Source: Spizellomyces punctatus DAOM BR117
Lineage: Eukaryota
Strand: one strand, 5' to 3'
DNA: 64,000 bases
NCBI GenBank assembly: GCA_000182565.2
Contig: KQ257454.1
Below, piece by piece: positions 1 through 12,254 of this stretch; position 1 is the stretch's first letter; each line of letters begins with the position of its first letter. The notes beneath the pieces were generated by a model that worked only from the letters and a program-made list of their open reading frames with translations, had not been told where the DNA came from and did no database searches. The position numbers and the translations under genes were made by a program.

Positions 1-231
1 CCAAGTTCAGCTGCGGGAGACGTCGTGGTCAACCAGTTTCCGTCTGACCAGCTGATCATCAGTGAAGTTAGGCGTATCGTGGAGCGGTCAGATTTGATGA
101 CCATCTCGAAAAAAACTATTCGAGAGTTGCTTGGGCAGTTGTTCCGTGTTGATTTGTCGGCAAAGAAACAATTGATTAGCGATGTAGTGGATGAATTGTT
201 GGACAATATGCTTCACAATACCCAGCAATAG
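1..231 (+). CDS. 3' end of a gene with a C-terminal DEK_C domain, probably a class V/VII chitin synthase (partial)
   Basis: FPSDQLIISEVRRIVERSDLMTISKKTIRELLGQLFRVDLSAKKQLISDVVDELL fits the DEK_C pattern that ends fungal division-2 chitin synthases. The frame is open from the window edge. Confidence 0.7.
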   Translation, partial: PSSAAGDVVVNQFPSDQLIISEVRRIVERSDLMTISKKTIRELLGQLFRVDLSAKKQLISDVVDELLDNMLHNTQQ

Positions 232-1318
232 AATTGGAAAGAGGTTTAATTGTTGGTTTGAGAAGGGGTTTAATTGAATAATACTCGTGTATAGTGTTAG
301 GTATGGTAGCATAGGTAAAGGATACATATTTTTTTTTGTAATGAACGGTATCAATATTCGATTGTATCAACTTAGGAAATGTCCAATCTCGAACTGATAA
401 GGCCGTAGAGGTTGGGTTTCCCTTAGTCATCAATCTGCTGCAACTATGGTACGGCTTCATATTGCACTTTCGGCAGTCGCGCCTGTTTTTGATATGGAAA
501 CGTCTCTGCCAGTGTACAAGGATTCATGCCCATGCATAGTGAGCGCACAGCTGAGGGAGAGTGGTGTCCAGGAATGCATTGAAAATGGCAGTTTTCTTTG
601 CGAGCAGGACTGGGTCACATTGGGTTGAGAACCTTAATTGTTCATGCGCTCATGTAAAGCTGGTCTGAGTTGACTTGATTGAGTGATGTCAGCGTTGTTC
701 TGTTTGGCAATGAGGCCATGTACGCTTGAATATACACGAGACGGGAATATTGGAATATGCGCATTTTATTCATTTTGTTGTTTTCACCCAAGTCTACGTC
801 AAGGATGCAGTCTAAGCGCTGCTTGTAACGCCTGTCAGCAAAAGCCTGCAAAAAAAGAAACGATAGCGATTGCAATTGACTCTTATGCTAGAGTTCTGGT
901 AAATAATGATCATCAAAATTCGTTGTTGTTCCTCTGTTGGGGTGGACGTCAGTACAATTGGGTGACATTCATTTAAGCCGACTTGCCATACAGTTCAACC
1001 ATATCCTTATTTTGAAATTCAATGCCGCTTTCCCCATAACTAATACGGATAACACATCCCTCCTCACTGTATCCTGCAACAGGCTCCCAAAGACAGACTT
1101 TCCCGATGAACCTTTTACAAAGTTTTGCGCGCGTAACTTGTGGAAAAGCATAATTTTGCTCACAGTAGACTTTTGTGGTATGTTGGCATAGCTCCGCATC
1201 TTTCATGGGCAAAACAACATTTGACATGATGGGAAGCGAACTATTTAAAAAGCAACAGGGATGTCCTTGAAGCCGCCTTTTGCCATTCACCGTCCATTCG
1301 CAGTCCTGGTTGGAACTA

Positions 1319-2112
1319 ATGGGTTCTTTCAGTCTTCTCCTCATATGTTTGGCTGTGATGGTCGCTTCCGTCTGGGCGCAGACTGGGAATGCAAGTAGGT
1401 ATTAGTATGCTTCCTTTGCTAAAGCTACCAAGCTCATCTGTGCCAATCTGCCGCACAGCTTGCAAATACAAGGAAATAGACCCTCAGCTCGAGTGTCCAA
1501 GTACGTACTATCTACACAACCATGCTGCGTACACATCAATCTCATATGCTACTCTAAATGCAGCATGCCCGAAGAAACTTGTTGATGCGGAATGGCAATG
1601 TAATTTCGACTTTGTGACGGAAGATTACCGTCTTACAACTGAAACGAATACGACTTATCCGTCTGCTGCCCACGACAATGCGTTCAAAACCTTGGCCAAG
1701 TGTATGTGTAAAGCTTTTGAGGAATACCCTACATATGAGCCGTTAAAGCAGTATGGAGACTATTGCACGGAATATTGGTGGGGGCCAGGTTAGTGGATGC
1801 TGGCGAACAAAGCTTGCGTCGTTCGTATTTACTCATCCATTGAACACAGCGCGGGTGCCATTTTATCCTGATTTCAAGAAAGGCTGCGTAGGCGATGCCT
1901 ATAACGATGTTTTGGTAGCGCTAAACTATACGTACTTTGTCAAGGAGGGCAAAAAATATACCCGCATCAAGCCGCCATTTAAGAACGCTCAAGGGAACTT
2001 GGAAGGTGGTTCAGGCTCCAGTGGCCAAGGCTCTAGTGGGAGTGAGAGGTTGGTATCTTCTCTTACTGCTGCTGCTGCAATAGGTGGTCTGGTATGGGCG
2101 ATTGTAATGTAG
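1319..2112 (+). CDS. Cys-rich secreted, probably GPI-anchored protein (multi-exon)
   Basis: ATG at 1319 gives signal peptide MGSFSLLLICLAVMVASVWA/Q. GT-AG introns join ORFs 1389..1793 and 1753..2112. It ends in a Gly/Ser linker plus hydrophobic tail (LTAAAAIGGLVWAIVM). Confidence 0.7.
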
Positions 2113-2138
2113 AACCTCATAAATGCGTATTGTACGGA

Positions 2139-2265
2139 GATCTCAGACTCTAGTGATTATATGTAGCGACTGACCCATTATCATAGCGGCATGAGTGCAT
2201 AGATGAGGCGACCTCAGACTCTTGTGATTACAAGTAGCGATTTTCCCATTATCGTAGCGGCATGA
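2139..2265. repeat. Two-copy direct repeat, period 71 bp
   Basis: gatctcagactctagtgattatatgtagcgactgacccattatcatagcggcatga at 2139 versus gacctcagactcttgtgattacaagtagcgattttcccattatcgtagcggcatga at 2210. Confidence 0.85.
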
Positions 2266-3853
2266 ATTTCAAGCAGACCTGTCGACGGTCATGTTTTGCT
2301 TTGTTGGCCCGCGCATAACAATTGTCCTCTCGATTCATGTTTGCAACACAGATCCATTGTCAAAAGTGCTGCTGGTGGTGAGGTACTCGCATGCGGTCAA
2401 TAGTTTCGCACTACATGATTCCCGGCTTGTGGTCTCTGCCACCGAGGACAGACGGTTAATTGCTTTCCCTCCATGTTGGGTCCTGCTCTTGTCTATGGCT
2501 CAAGCTGACCGGTTGATGAGTGTGATAAATGGTTTGCAGAGATCAAAGAGTTAGCAGATAACAGAGGTGATGAAATCAATGAAGATTATTATATGACCTG
2601 TCGTAGCTATTTGAGCAGCATACACGGCTGCTCTGAACTTTGGTTCATTACTGATATCCAAGGAAAACGAACATGGGGCTGCCCTGCTGAAGAGCTTGTG
2701 TTTTCGAGTCGCCATGGCACTGACATCTTTCCGCTTCACCAAGTCTTTCAGTGCTGGTTTCTGATCAAGTTCTTTGCTTGATGCGTCAGGAGTGTGTTCA
2801 TTCTTGGTAAGGTCGTATGAGTGGATCCGCTTGACATACGGGCGCGAGCTCTGAACTAGTTTTCACTTTTTTGGACGAGGGAGTGTGGGAGGACCGCGGA
2901 TGCTGACGATCATCGCGACATGGGTGCAGCCAGTTGAGCTGTAAAGTAAGAGGTCGACGTTGGCGCTTGACGTTGCTGGGTAGAAATACGAAATGCTCCA
3001 GGTTGAATTCCGGAACACCATGATGCGTTGTTCCAAATGTACAAATTAACAAGAGCCAACAAGCAATCTAGTTGAGCCGAGATATTGCCTCAGCAGCTTC
3101 TTGGGTAGTTGGCTGGGATTTACTCCTCAGGAGTTTTGTAGTCGGGATACGATCCGTATCCGTCAATTATGGAGAGAGTGGGATTTGACGACTTTGCGAC
3201 CAGTTTTAGCGTGGTACGCATGTGCATCTTACCACTGGGAGACAAACATGTCCAACTAACCCGATGTCCGGACCTGCATGGCTAGTGCCATCTCACTACC
3301 CGGAGCACGTTGGCTCACCTACCTATCTCTTTGTATACTTGGAACTTTGCCACCTAGTTGCCCAGTATAATGACACTTGGATTACTCCCATTCATGTGCC
3401 TTGTTGAGTCAATTGTGCACCATGGTTGTAATATCTGTAGTGTGTTCGGAATCCTAGAGGATCAGAAAAGGATGATACTCTTGGGCGATGGATGAATGGA
3501 CACAATTTGGGGGCCAACCCGAGTCCCATCTTAAGCCAAAAGAAATATCTAATATTATGTCTACTACCGTATCTAAACCCGCTTTCGACGCTGCGGCTCC
3601 CGTAACAGTCGTATGCCCTCCAATTGCTCTTTGGTCCTAAATGTCCGGATTGTGGTACACCTGTCCGCTCTGCCAAAAGGCAAATCCACGGATGGTGGCA
3701 TGTCCAAGTCCATATGAATTGCTCTCTTAACAACAGCAGCCTACTAGATCCTCTTCAAAACAGACGCTGGACGCAGAATGTCCCCTCCTCTAATTACATC
3801 GGCCCCCCTCCTCCTCCACCTTTCGTGATGGGATAAACACTAAGCAGGCAGCA

Positions 3854-5056
3854 TCACAGAACCATTATCTTGCACGGTAGATCATCTGACACCTTGTATC
3901 CCTCACCGTCTTCTTCCTTTGTCAGATCTTGATCGATTTCTACCGTGACAGATGATGGATCTGCCCCCTTAAGCACATAATCGAATCGGAAGCGTAGATG
4001 GAAGCCATCTACAGATATCTTGCGAACGTAACCATCAACATACCCTCCAAACATATCGAACGGCAAAAGGATCTTTGGTGTGAGATAGCGCAAGCCATCT
4101 TCTCTCGTTATAGTTTCTCGCCAGGAGCCGATCACTTTCCGTTCATCAGAAAATGTGATTCCCCGAATGAGATTGTCATCGTATGTCGACGTCGAGTCTG
4201 ACCCAGATACTTTTTCTGTGACAGTGATATTGAGCGAGTCAACGTCTGCGTTGAGGAGATCTTCTAGACGTTTCTTTGCGTCGCTCTCGAAAGAGATATG
4301 CTCAGATGATAAATTCAAGATCACTCGAAGGAAGTTATCTTTGCTGCGGTGCTCATTGAAGAATTTGACTCGATGTAGTCTCTGACATTCCTTGGCGATG
4401 CTCTCATGATTATCCATGACTTGCTTTGGTGAGAATTCTCGATCAATATACTGTGACTTTAGCATGCCTGTTTCTGTTGGGACAAACCCTGGCGAGTATT
4501 CGCCCTCCCACTCGATGACGACTGGTTCGTAATTCTCTTCGTTGATGAGTTTGTCCACCTCGTACAATGCCGAATAATAGACGGGACTCCAATACCATCC
4601 CTCGAAGAACAGATACGCATCGCCCAATCGTTTGTAACCCTGTACAAACTTGTCGGAGCGGTCGTCCGTATGTAGCGTTGTTCCGTTGTCGGCATCACAC
4701 ACGTCAATAGCACCATGTTTCTTGTTGAAGATAAAGACAACCTTGCCATACTTGTTCTTGTAGAATTCGATCATACATTCCTTTGAAGGATAATAGTTGT
4801 CTCTCCTCAGCGAATACAGATATGACCCTTTTTTAAAAAAGTCACAGTAAAACTCGGTCGCGTCATGTGGGTGATAGGGAGGATCATTCTCCTCAGCGTC
4901 ACCTCCGTTAGGTTCTTTCGAAGAAACATGGAGCGGATAGACGGCAGCGTATTCTCCAAGTTGTTTCAGTGCGTACTTTTTTCCATCTCTGTACTCGTAG
5001 ACATCTTTGCTATCATACGTCAATTCGGTACCTCGTTGTGATTTGAGTTCGTACAT
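3854..5056 (-). CDS. Intronless 400-aa hypothetical protein (D/E/K/Y-rich)
   Basis: Uninterrupted ATG-to-stop ORF of 1203 nt with globular-protein composition. No domain recognised. Confidence 0.75.
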   Translation of the reverse strand: MYELKSQRGTELTYDSKDVYEYRDGKKYALKQLGEYAAVYPLHVSSKEPNGGDAEENDPPYHPHDATEFYCDFFKKGSYLYSLRRDNYYPSKECMIEFYKNKYGKVVFIFNKKHGAIDVCDADNGTTLHTDDRSDKFVQGYKRLGDAYLFFEGWYWSPVYYSALYEVDKLINEENYEPVVIEWEGEYSPGFVPTETGMLKSQYIDREFSPKQVMDNHESIAKECQRLHRVKFFNEHRSKDNFLRVILNLSSEHISFESDAKKRLEDLLNADVDSLNITVTEKVSGSDSTSTYDDNLIRGITFSDERKVIGSWRETITREDGLRYLTPKILLPFDMFGGYVDGYVRKISVDGFHLRFRFDYVLKGADPSSVTVEIDQDLTKEEDGEGYKVSDDLPCKIMVL

Positions 5057-5796
5057 GGTTTCCTGATCGTGCGAATGGGATGTAGCGTGTCCTGTAGATG
5101 GTTTGTTTAAATGTGTATCTAATAAGGGTGAAGCCTAAACTTTCATGGCTTCCCCATATCATAGATGCTAGCTCCGCAGTACATAATTGCGCATCGACGT
5201 TTTCCCGATCAACACATAAAAATACCAGAAACCTTCGCCTCTTGCGTGGGGGACATGCGCAATCGACGCGTGTGTTTTCTTAGTAGTCGTATTTGGCCCA
5301 CCGGTCGGAATAGTCATCATACTGAAATTACTTTTCGCCATTGCTCTCTGTCTTGAGCTATGTAACGAACGTACTCAGTTTATGCGTGATGATGATGCAT
5401 GTCTCTGAACAAGAGGCAACGAGTTGTCCATATTCCTCGGTGAACTCGAGCAAATCATGGCAACACTGGCTTGGGTGGGTCTAGATCCATTATTCATATT
5501 TTGTATTGCATAAACTACATCCTTCAAATTGCCCAATTTCATCACAACTTTAAAGACGGTGATGTGTATTCGTGCATGATGCATGCCTGCGGAAACCTCC
5601 TAAAAACCGTAAATACAAGAAACCCTTCTGTTGCCATAGCCAGATAGTGATCATTGTATGTCATCGGACAAGCACAGCGGCACATGTTAATTAACCCCAT
5701 TTTGATTGGAATGATAACCGCCACCAACGGCCATAGCAATGAAGATTATAAAAACACAAGACTCAAAGCAAAAAAGCGTTTTTGTAGCAAACAATA

Positions 5797-6027
5797 ATGG
5801 ATTATCCTTTGAACCGACGGAAAGAACTCTCAGATTTTGTGAGGGCTCAAATCATTGGAGCCTACAAAGCAGGTCGCACCAACAGAGAAATTGCAGAAAT
5901 TCTGTCTGTACCACGTTCCACGGTTTCGGATACCATCCTGCGATACCGAGTCACTGGATCTGTTACCCCACCGAAACGACCGGGTCGCCCTCGTCTTACC
6001 ACACCTACTGTTAGTCATCCAGCATGA
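5797..6027 (+). mobile_element. Tc1/mariner transposase N-terminal fragment (paired-like HTH), truncated
   Basis: ELSDFVRAQIIGAYKAGRTNREIAEILSVPRSTVSDTILRYRVTGSV..KRPGRPR shows the HTH plus GRPR motif. The ORF stops before the DDE domain. Confidence 0.85.
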
Positions 6028-6139
6028 GTTTATTAGCAAAGCAACTTTTGGATAGTAGGCGTGATCTTTAGTTTTACGCAGATGGATTTCTTGTAACGAG
6101 TCGAGTACAGAATAGCAAATGCTTTCTTTAACAACGCTG

Positions 6140-6370
6140 TCGTATCGCTTGGGTAATAAGAGACAAAGTGCCCGCCAGAGCCATATACGTTGAACACAGT
6201 AAATTCCTAGTTATCATACATTGCCCTCACTCCAATTCTCATATATGGGATACGATCGCACACCCCGTCAAGTTTCTTGGTGTCAGAAGACTACATGTTC
6301 CAAGTGATTTGTTCTTTGCATGATGTTTCCACAGCAAAACGCGGCAAGAACACATTACTACAATGCCCGT
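6140..6370 (+). pseudogene. Decayed coding relic, paralogous to 12690-12933
   Basis: Shared DNA blocks (atcgcttgggt, ccgccagagc, agtttcttggtgtcagaa). Translations PARAIY..PVKFLGVRRLHVP and SARAIY..AVEFLGVRNLDIP align. Both copies contain stops. Confidence 0.5.
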
Positions 6371-7055
6371 AAGTGGCATGGCACCTTAAAGCTAGTCCTT
6401 CCCATTAACTATTGGTTAAAAGAACCGGCCGTACGATCTCTGAACTGATCACATACCATAGTCTGCTCGGCTCACCCCAACCGATCCACCTCGCCTCTCG
6501 CCGCCGTTACAGATTCCCTTTGTGTTGGGCTCTGTAACTTTGACGCGGTGACGCCTAAATCCTAGGCAGAACTCATAAATCCGTTATATGTCGTCCCTCT
6601 ACACCATATAGATTTATATGAACTTACTGGTCCCCTAAACCTAAACTCCATTTTCGTAGGTACTTGACAGCTACTAGTGGTACTAGTGATAAACTAACCT
6701 ACTCGATTTGTTTTTATACTGATGGCATACTAACCAGATGCATAAGATTTAAATCGATACGCAATGCCGTCCTGTTGTCCCTCTACAACAGCGATCGACG
6801 CATTCCCCGGTCAAGCGGTTCGATTTGAATTATATGTGTCTATAAAGTACTAGGCAACGTCAGTAAGCCCCTAGTGTAAGCCCAGAGGAAGCCATGACGT
6901 GGATGCAACAGCGGCCCAAAAGACAACTTTGCTAGAAGGCCTTACGGCTGCAGTGCTTGCCAACCCTGGATACGAGAAAGCCCAGCTTAGTTTAACCCAA
7001 GTCGTATAGTAGCTACTCGTCAGATTGGAACTGGCTTTATCTCGTACCGGTAGGC

Positions 7056-7120
7056 CAACCAGTATAAGCAACGAGTACAAACAACGAGTATAAACAACGA
7101 GCATAAACAACGAGTATAAA
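7056..7120. repeat. 13-bp minisatellite x5 (caacgagtataaa)
   Basis: Direct reading of the tandem units. Confidence 0.9.
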
Positions 7121-9017
7121 CAAACTATAAAGTGCGAGGGGCGTAACTCTCACCACTGTCCACCACTGTTCAATGCGTGGGATACGAAAGATTTGCTTTG
7201 TACATGTAAATGCATGGCGTGTAGCCACATACATATAATTCCAAACCAAACCGCTACTGCCTTGGCACTGAACTCATGGACATGAGTTATGCTATTTGTC
7301 ATATGGAGGTCACTTATGTCACGAGTGACCTGTGGTTCAATTTGACAAAGGCATGGGATAATCCTATATTCTAGGCGAACATCTATAAACAAATCAAACC
7401 GCTACTACCTTGTCCCTTGAACTCATGGGCATGAGTATGTGGGTTGGCAGATGTGGCCCGACTCCGAGGGAAAAGCACTTGCTCCCGATCACGTTTCACA
7501 AAGACTTGAGATCATTCTTAATGGTTGCAGTGGAACGAGATTGACGTGGGATGTCAGGACGACACCGGGCAAAGAGACTCTCTCTGTGGGGATCTGTGTG
7601 GGTTACAGTGGAGTAAATCAATCGAGATGAAAGTATACTATATTGGTGGCGCCAGATGGTACTGCCGTCGCCTACTGTTTTGTGTTTTGTGTGGGTGGGC
7701 GGACACAGCGTGCAGTGCCATGACGCGTGCATGAAATAGCGCATCTTGCTTTATTGCAAAAGCAGAAAGGCGATCCATGCACCGACCGCTGTGACATGCA
7801 ACAGAAGAGAAAAACACTCCCGCCCAAAAAGCAAATGCATTCACGCCTGTTATCCATTTCCGCACGCAATTATCATCAACCATCACCCAACTGTATGCCT
7901 CACATTCGGAGTCCATACAATGTGGGGGCAGACGCGATGCAGCTGACACAACTCACCGCACCTAATGTGCTCTAAGCGGGATTTGGTAGAACAGATGTGA
8001 CCCAGCTGAAAAACAAAGCAATAGCTATAACTGTAAAGTCTGTAAACTTACCTAAAACACGACGGGAATATCTTCCAGCGCAACGGCTGCAATAGGGACT
8101 GTCGTGACCTGAGCCATTCTGCGACTCCACAGAAAAGTTGTGGTCAACTAGCGAGAACCACAAAGAAGTCAAAGATCAGTGCAAGCGCTTTTGAAGGGAA
8201 CTCTTGTAAATACTTTAAACTTGTTAAAAACAAAGTACTGGACACAAGGTGCTGTTCAATTCGTGTCAATCCATTCACTAGAGTGGCTCAAATTGAATTA
8301 TACATGTGCATGAGTGGCATATGAAGTACTAGCCAAGTAGTTATCTCATAGGCTCGCAGTGGAGCTGAAAGATACAAATCTTTCAACAGGTTACAAGTCT
8401 GACCATGTCCGGACCCAAATATGTGATCTTTTCCTGGTGTCAGACTCACTATAACAATGAACATTTGTAGCCAGATCTGTTTAATATCTGTACATGTCGC
8501 GGTCAAATTGTAATCTACTTTCCTTGTACGAACTGTGCGTTTGGCAGGAGGAGACGGGGTTGCCGTCGACCAAGGACTGCTGCTGCTGCTGTCCGGGACA
8601 GAGCTCCTGTACCGTGGCATGAGAATGTGGGTCCATACGATTGCCGACCCAACAGCCGTACCCTCGGAGCGCCATTCACCAGGACTTTCCGGTTCATGAG
8701 GTGCATATAATTACAATCCAACAACTGCTGAGCTCGATCGGTGCTCCTCCACTGTTTACGCCCTTTGCTTCGTTACATATTTGTCAATTTTGAGCTGTAG
8801 GCGGGTTGACAGATGCGATACCCGAGCGATTGATCTGATTGCGCAAGAACAGAGAAGGGAAGCCCGACATACCCTGAGCTCCTCCTGCCAACTGGTCGCA
8901 ATTCCACCATCACGAGCGTCCCAATGCATTGTCACAGGGGATACGGCCGAGGTCGACTTGGACAAGTATCAGCCCCAGCCTGTCCCACAGCCAATCCCTT
9001 CTGTACTGCCTGCTTTG

Positions 9018-9230
9018 CATTCTCCAACATTCCCCATCTCTACCATCATCGTGAATGCCTTGAATAATCGCATTGCCCGACACTTCCATCTCGATCATCA
9101 TCGTGAATGCCTTGAATAATCCCATTCTCCAACATGCCCACCTCCATCATCATTCGTGAATGCCTTGAATAATCCCATTCCCCAACATTCCCCGTCTTCA
9201 TCATCATCGTGAATGCCTTGACGAATAATA
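9018..9230. repeat. ~52-bp tandem repeat x4
   Basis: Core catcatcgtgaatgccttgaataatc recurs four times, separated by related linkers. Confidence 0.9.
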
Positions 9231-9549
9231 AGAATTACCAAACGGCATACGATATTAAGAAACTTGCTGAGGAGAATGGCGACGTCCTGTCATCAGCCGT
9301 GGCTTCCTTGTTTATCGGTAGTGCGGGTGGTCATCCTTGTACCAATGGCTTTGTGCGCTACAAAGCCTTCTGATCATAATGCCCACACCTCCCCTCGGCC
9401 ACAATTTGTGGACCAGCCGGTAATGCAGTGTAGCTGAGGTTCAGAAGCTTCCAACGCTGGTTTGATGGGTGAGAAAGATCAGAATGGGCATTGCGTCAAA
9501 ATTGATGCACTTAATGAAAATAGGATCGTCCGGCGTTTCTTTTGTCGAT

Positions 9550-9795
9550 ACCCAAGAACCATTGGCGAAATGAAGCGGTTTTAAGGCCCCTGAACGAGTC
9601 CCCGAAGCCAATGCATGAAGAACAACGGGCAACTCTGCATCGACGGTTCGTTCCATCCATCTTATTTTCAACACATCTCCCCACTACTATCGTTACCCAA
9701 GAACCATTGGGGAAATGAAGCGGTTTTAGGGCACATTAACGCCTCCCGGAAGCCAATGCATGAAGAACAACGGACAGTTCTGTATCGACGGGTCG
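9550..9795. repeat. ~100-bp direct duplication, period 145 bp
   Basis: acccaagaaccattgg(c/g)gaaatgaagcggtttta...gaagccaatgcatgaagaacaacgg at 9550 and 9695. Confidence 0.9.
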
Positions 9796-10487
9796 CTGCT
9801 CGTCGTTTCCATCCATTTTTTTTCAACGGCTCTCCCCGCTACAATAATTTGTAGACCAGCCGACTTACTCTCTTTCGTCCTGCCCGCCGCCCTAGGAAAA
9901 GGTCCAGATCGAAAAAAAAACCAATCGTTGTCCACAGTTCCCTTAGCATCTTGCCAAGTGCCTCACAAACTGGGCACATCCATTCCTTACCAAATTCATC
10001 CATAAACCCAGCACCTTCTGTAGCATTGACTGTAAGCTATACTCTAGGTGGGTTGGCAGATTCGACCTAACATAGCCAAATATGTCGTAGTTATACTGGT
10101 ACATATGGCTACTGGAGCCAATTGTAAAGGAGGACCTACGATTGCAAATAATCGCAAATAACTTGGTTGTGAATTAGGAGTATATGTTAATATTTGCAAC
10201 CAGGTCTGTAGACCTGGGTCCGCGACTCGTTGGGGCATACCCCTCGTTGACGTTGTTTCTGCGCCAGCAAAAAGATGACTGGAGCTGCAATCAGTGCGAA
10301 TCGGGTCATGCATGTTTTAATCGGGTATAAACCATGAGACGCTCCAAATCAAACCGCTACTGCCTTGGCACTGAACTCAAGACGGTATGGCTAATTCAAA
10401 TCCAAACCACCACTGTCCGATGAAATACTCTATACTCGTTGTAATGGAATAGTTGAATGATTGCAACCACCATAGACCAGCTCCAAA

Positions 10488-11240
10488 TCCGCCGCTATGC
10501 TTGAACGGTAAAATGAGGTCTATACGACTGGTACTGCACACGCCGGACGTATTAAATAGGATAAATAGATCAGAGCTGTCTGATGTTATTTAATTGTCAG
10601 ATGTTATTTATTGTGATACCGATAGTGTGTTTTCAACTTGTCCTATCGATCCTCTCGACATCCTCCGATCTGGGCTATCTTAAAAATAAAGTAGCTAGTA
10701 GTATAGTTAAAGCTTCTAGAGCTACAGGTAATCCTATTATCACCTTTGTCTCGACTGCAGAGTCATCGATCACTGCCCGCCCTTTGACGCTTTCCACTCG
10801 TCCCCTCACGTTTATATGCTTGAAACCAGCTCTTTTTGAATGCATTGATACATGCCGCCTCTGATGCTTTAGACACACGGACATTTCCCTCGTCCCCCCC
10901 CCCCCCCCTCAAACCCGCCGCTATGCTTGAACGGTAAAATGAGGTCGATACGACTGGTACCGCACACGCCATTCGATACGATTGGTGCTGCACACGCTAT
11001 ATCACTTTTGTCTCGACTGCAGAGTCATCGATCACTGCCCGCCCTTTGACGCTTTCCACTCGTCCCCTCACGTTTATATGCTAGAAACCAGCTCTTTTGA
11101 ATGCATCGATACATGCCGCCTCTGATGCTTTAGATCCCCCTTTGTTAATGTTTTTTGCAGACACGACTCATACATCACTGCCCGCCCTTTGACGCTTTCG
11201 ACACACGGACATTTCCCTTTCCACTCGCTCGTCCCCCTCA
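10488..11240. repeat. Mosaic of shuffled direct repeats downstream of the tRNA
   Basis: A ~135-bp module (tttgtctcgactgcagagtcatcgatcactgcccgccc...gatgctttaga) occurs at ~10745 and ~11007, with a partial copy at ~11174. A ~55-bp module (ccgccgctatgcttgaacggtaaaatgaggtc) occurs at ~10488 and ~10915. Confidence 0.9.
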
Positions 11241-11273
11241 CAGACACCACTCCAATATTAAAGGACTGGTCGG

Positions 11274-11283
11274 AAAAAAAAAA
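11274..11283 (-). terminator. Pol III oligo-T terminator of the tRNA
   Basis: T10 on the minus strand about 17 nt past the tRNA 3' end. Confidence 0.7.
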
Positions 11284-11299
11284 TACAAAGAAGACATGA

Positions 11300-11391
11300 T
11301 TCCCTGGGCGGGGTTCGAACCCGCGATCTTTGCATGGCATAAGGAGACCTTCCTTATAAGTACAAAGCCTTAACCACTAGGCCACCAGGGA
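11300..11391 (-). tRNA. tRNA-Ile(UAU) with a 19-nt intron after position 37
   Basis: Cloverleaf: acceptor TCCCTGG/CCAGGGA, D stem GCCT/AGGC, anticodon stem TTGTA/TGCAA with loop CT-TAT-A[intron]A, T arm GCGGG-TTCGAAC-CCCGC, discriminator A. An oligo-T run lies downstream. Confidence 0.9.
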
Positions 11392-11398
11392 TCGACAC

Positions 11399-11741
11399 AA
11401 TAACAGCACTCCGAACGTTAATCATGACTTTTGAACAATAACAGCACTCCGTACGTTAATCATGAGTTTTGAACAATAACAGCACTCCGAACGTTAATCA
11501 TGACTTTTGAACAGTAACAGCACTCCGTACGTTAATCATGAGTTTTGAACAATAACAGCACTCCGAACATTAATCATGAGTTTTGAACAGTATCAATATT
11601 CGGGATGCTATTCATGAGTTTTGGACAGTAACAAGATTCCGTACGTTGTTGATGAGCATTTTGGAGTTCTGCTCGCGTTAACCTCCTTACGTTAACCATA
11701 AGTTTTGAACGATAACAATATTCGGGATGTTAATGATGAGC
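11399..11741. repeat. 38-bp tandem array (5 near-perfect units, then degenerate ones)
   Basis: Unit aataacagcactccg(a/t)acgttaatcatga(c/g)ttttgaac starts 8 bp upstream of the tRNA 5' end and decays with distance. Confidence 0.95.
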
Positions 11742-12254
11742 TGTTAGATGTCCAGACAGGTTGCATCCATCCATCTGCTGGCAAATTTCCCCAGCCAACG
11801 CGTCCACGCAGAGTTTATCGATGAGGAGGGCGACGCGTTCATTGGTAACTGAACGGAATCCTAGTTTACAAACAACTCCTACACATTTTGGTGCTAGTGG
11901 CCTAGTGGGTGAGGGTGGACGTTAAATCCAAATGCTCTGCTGGCCTAGTGTAGAACCCTATTCAACCTTCCGACCGGTAATACATAAACGCATTGCATCA
12001 CTGTGCCTCACTTGCTTGCAGCATACGACCCTTCAAGGAAGCAACATGCTTCAGCATTTCCTGGCCGACTTCAACTAGACAGATCAAGCAAGTAGCGATT
12101 CGATATATTTTTGGGTGGAGCAACAAACTGGTAAGGTCTATTTGGCTTTTTCTGTTCTTGAACGCAACCATCGCTGCAATATATTGTCACAATGAAAGGT
12201 GAATGGTTTGAACTAGTACATTGTGGTTGCAATCATTCAACTATGAGAGTAGCC

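Noticed and set aside
2290-3400. Possible decayed gene or retroelement on the minus strand
   Set aside because: The fragments look coding but carry many stops and no identifiable motif.
9018-9230. Constant core plus variable linker as a CRISPR-like array
   Set aside because: The linkers are diverged copies of each other, so this is an ordinary tandem repeat.
10560-10740. AT/TA-rich patch as a NUMT or RIP signature
   Set aside because: It is too short, and I recognise no mitochondrial gene or unmutated partner copy.
11399-11741. 38-bp array as a CRISPR array
   Set aside because: The units are contiguous with no unique spacers, there are no cas genes, and the context is eukaryotic.
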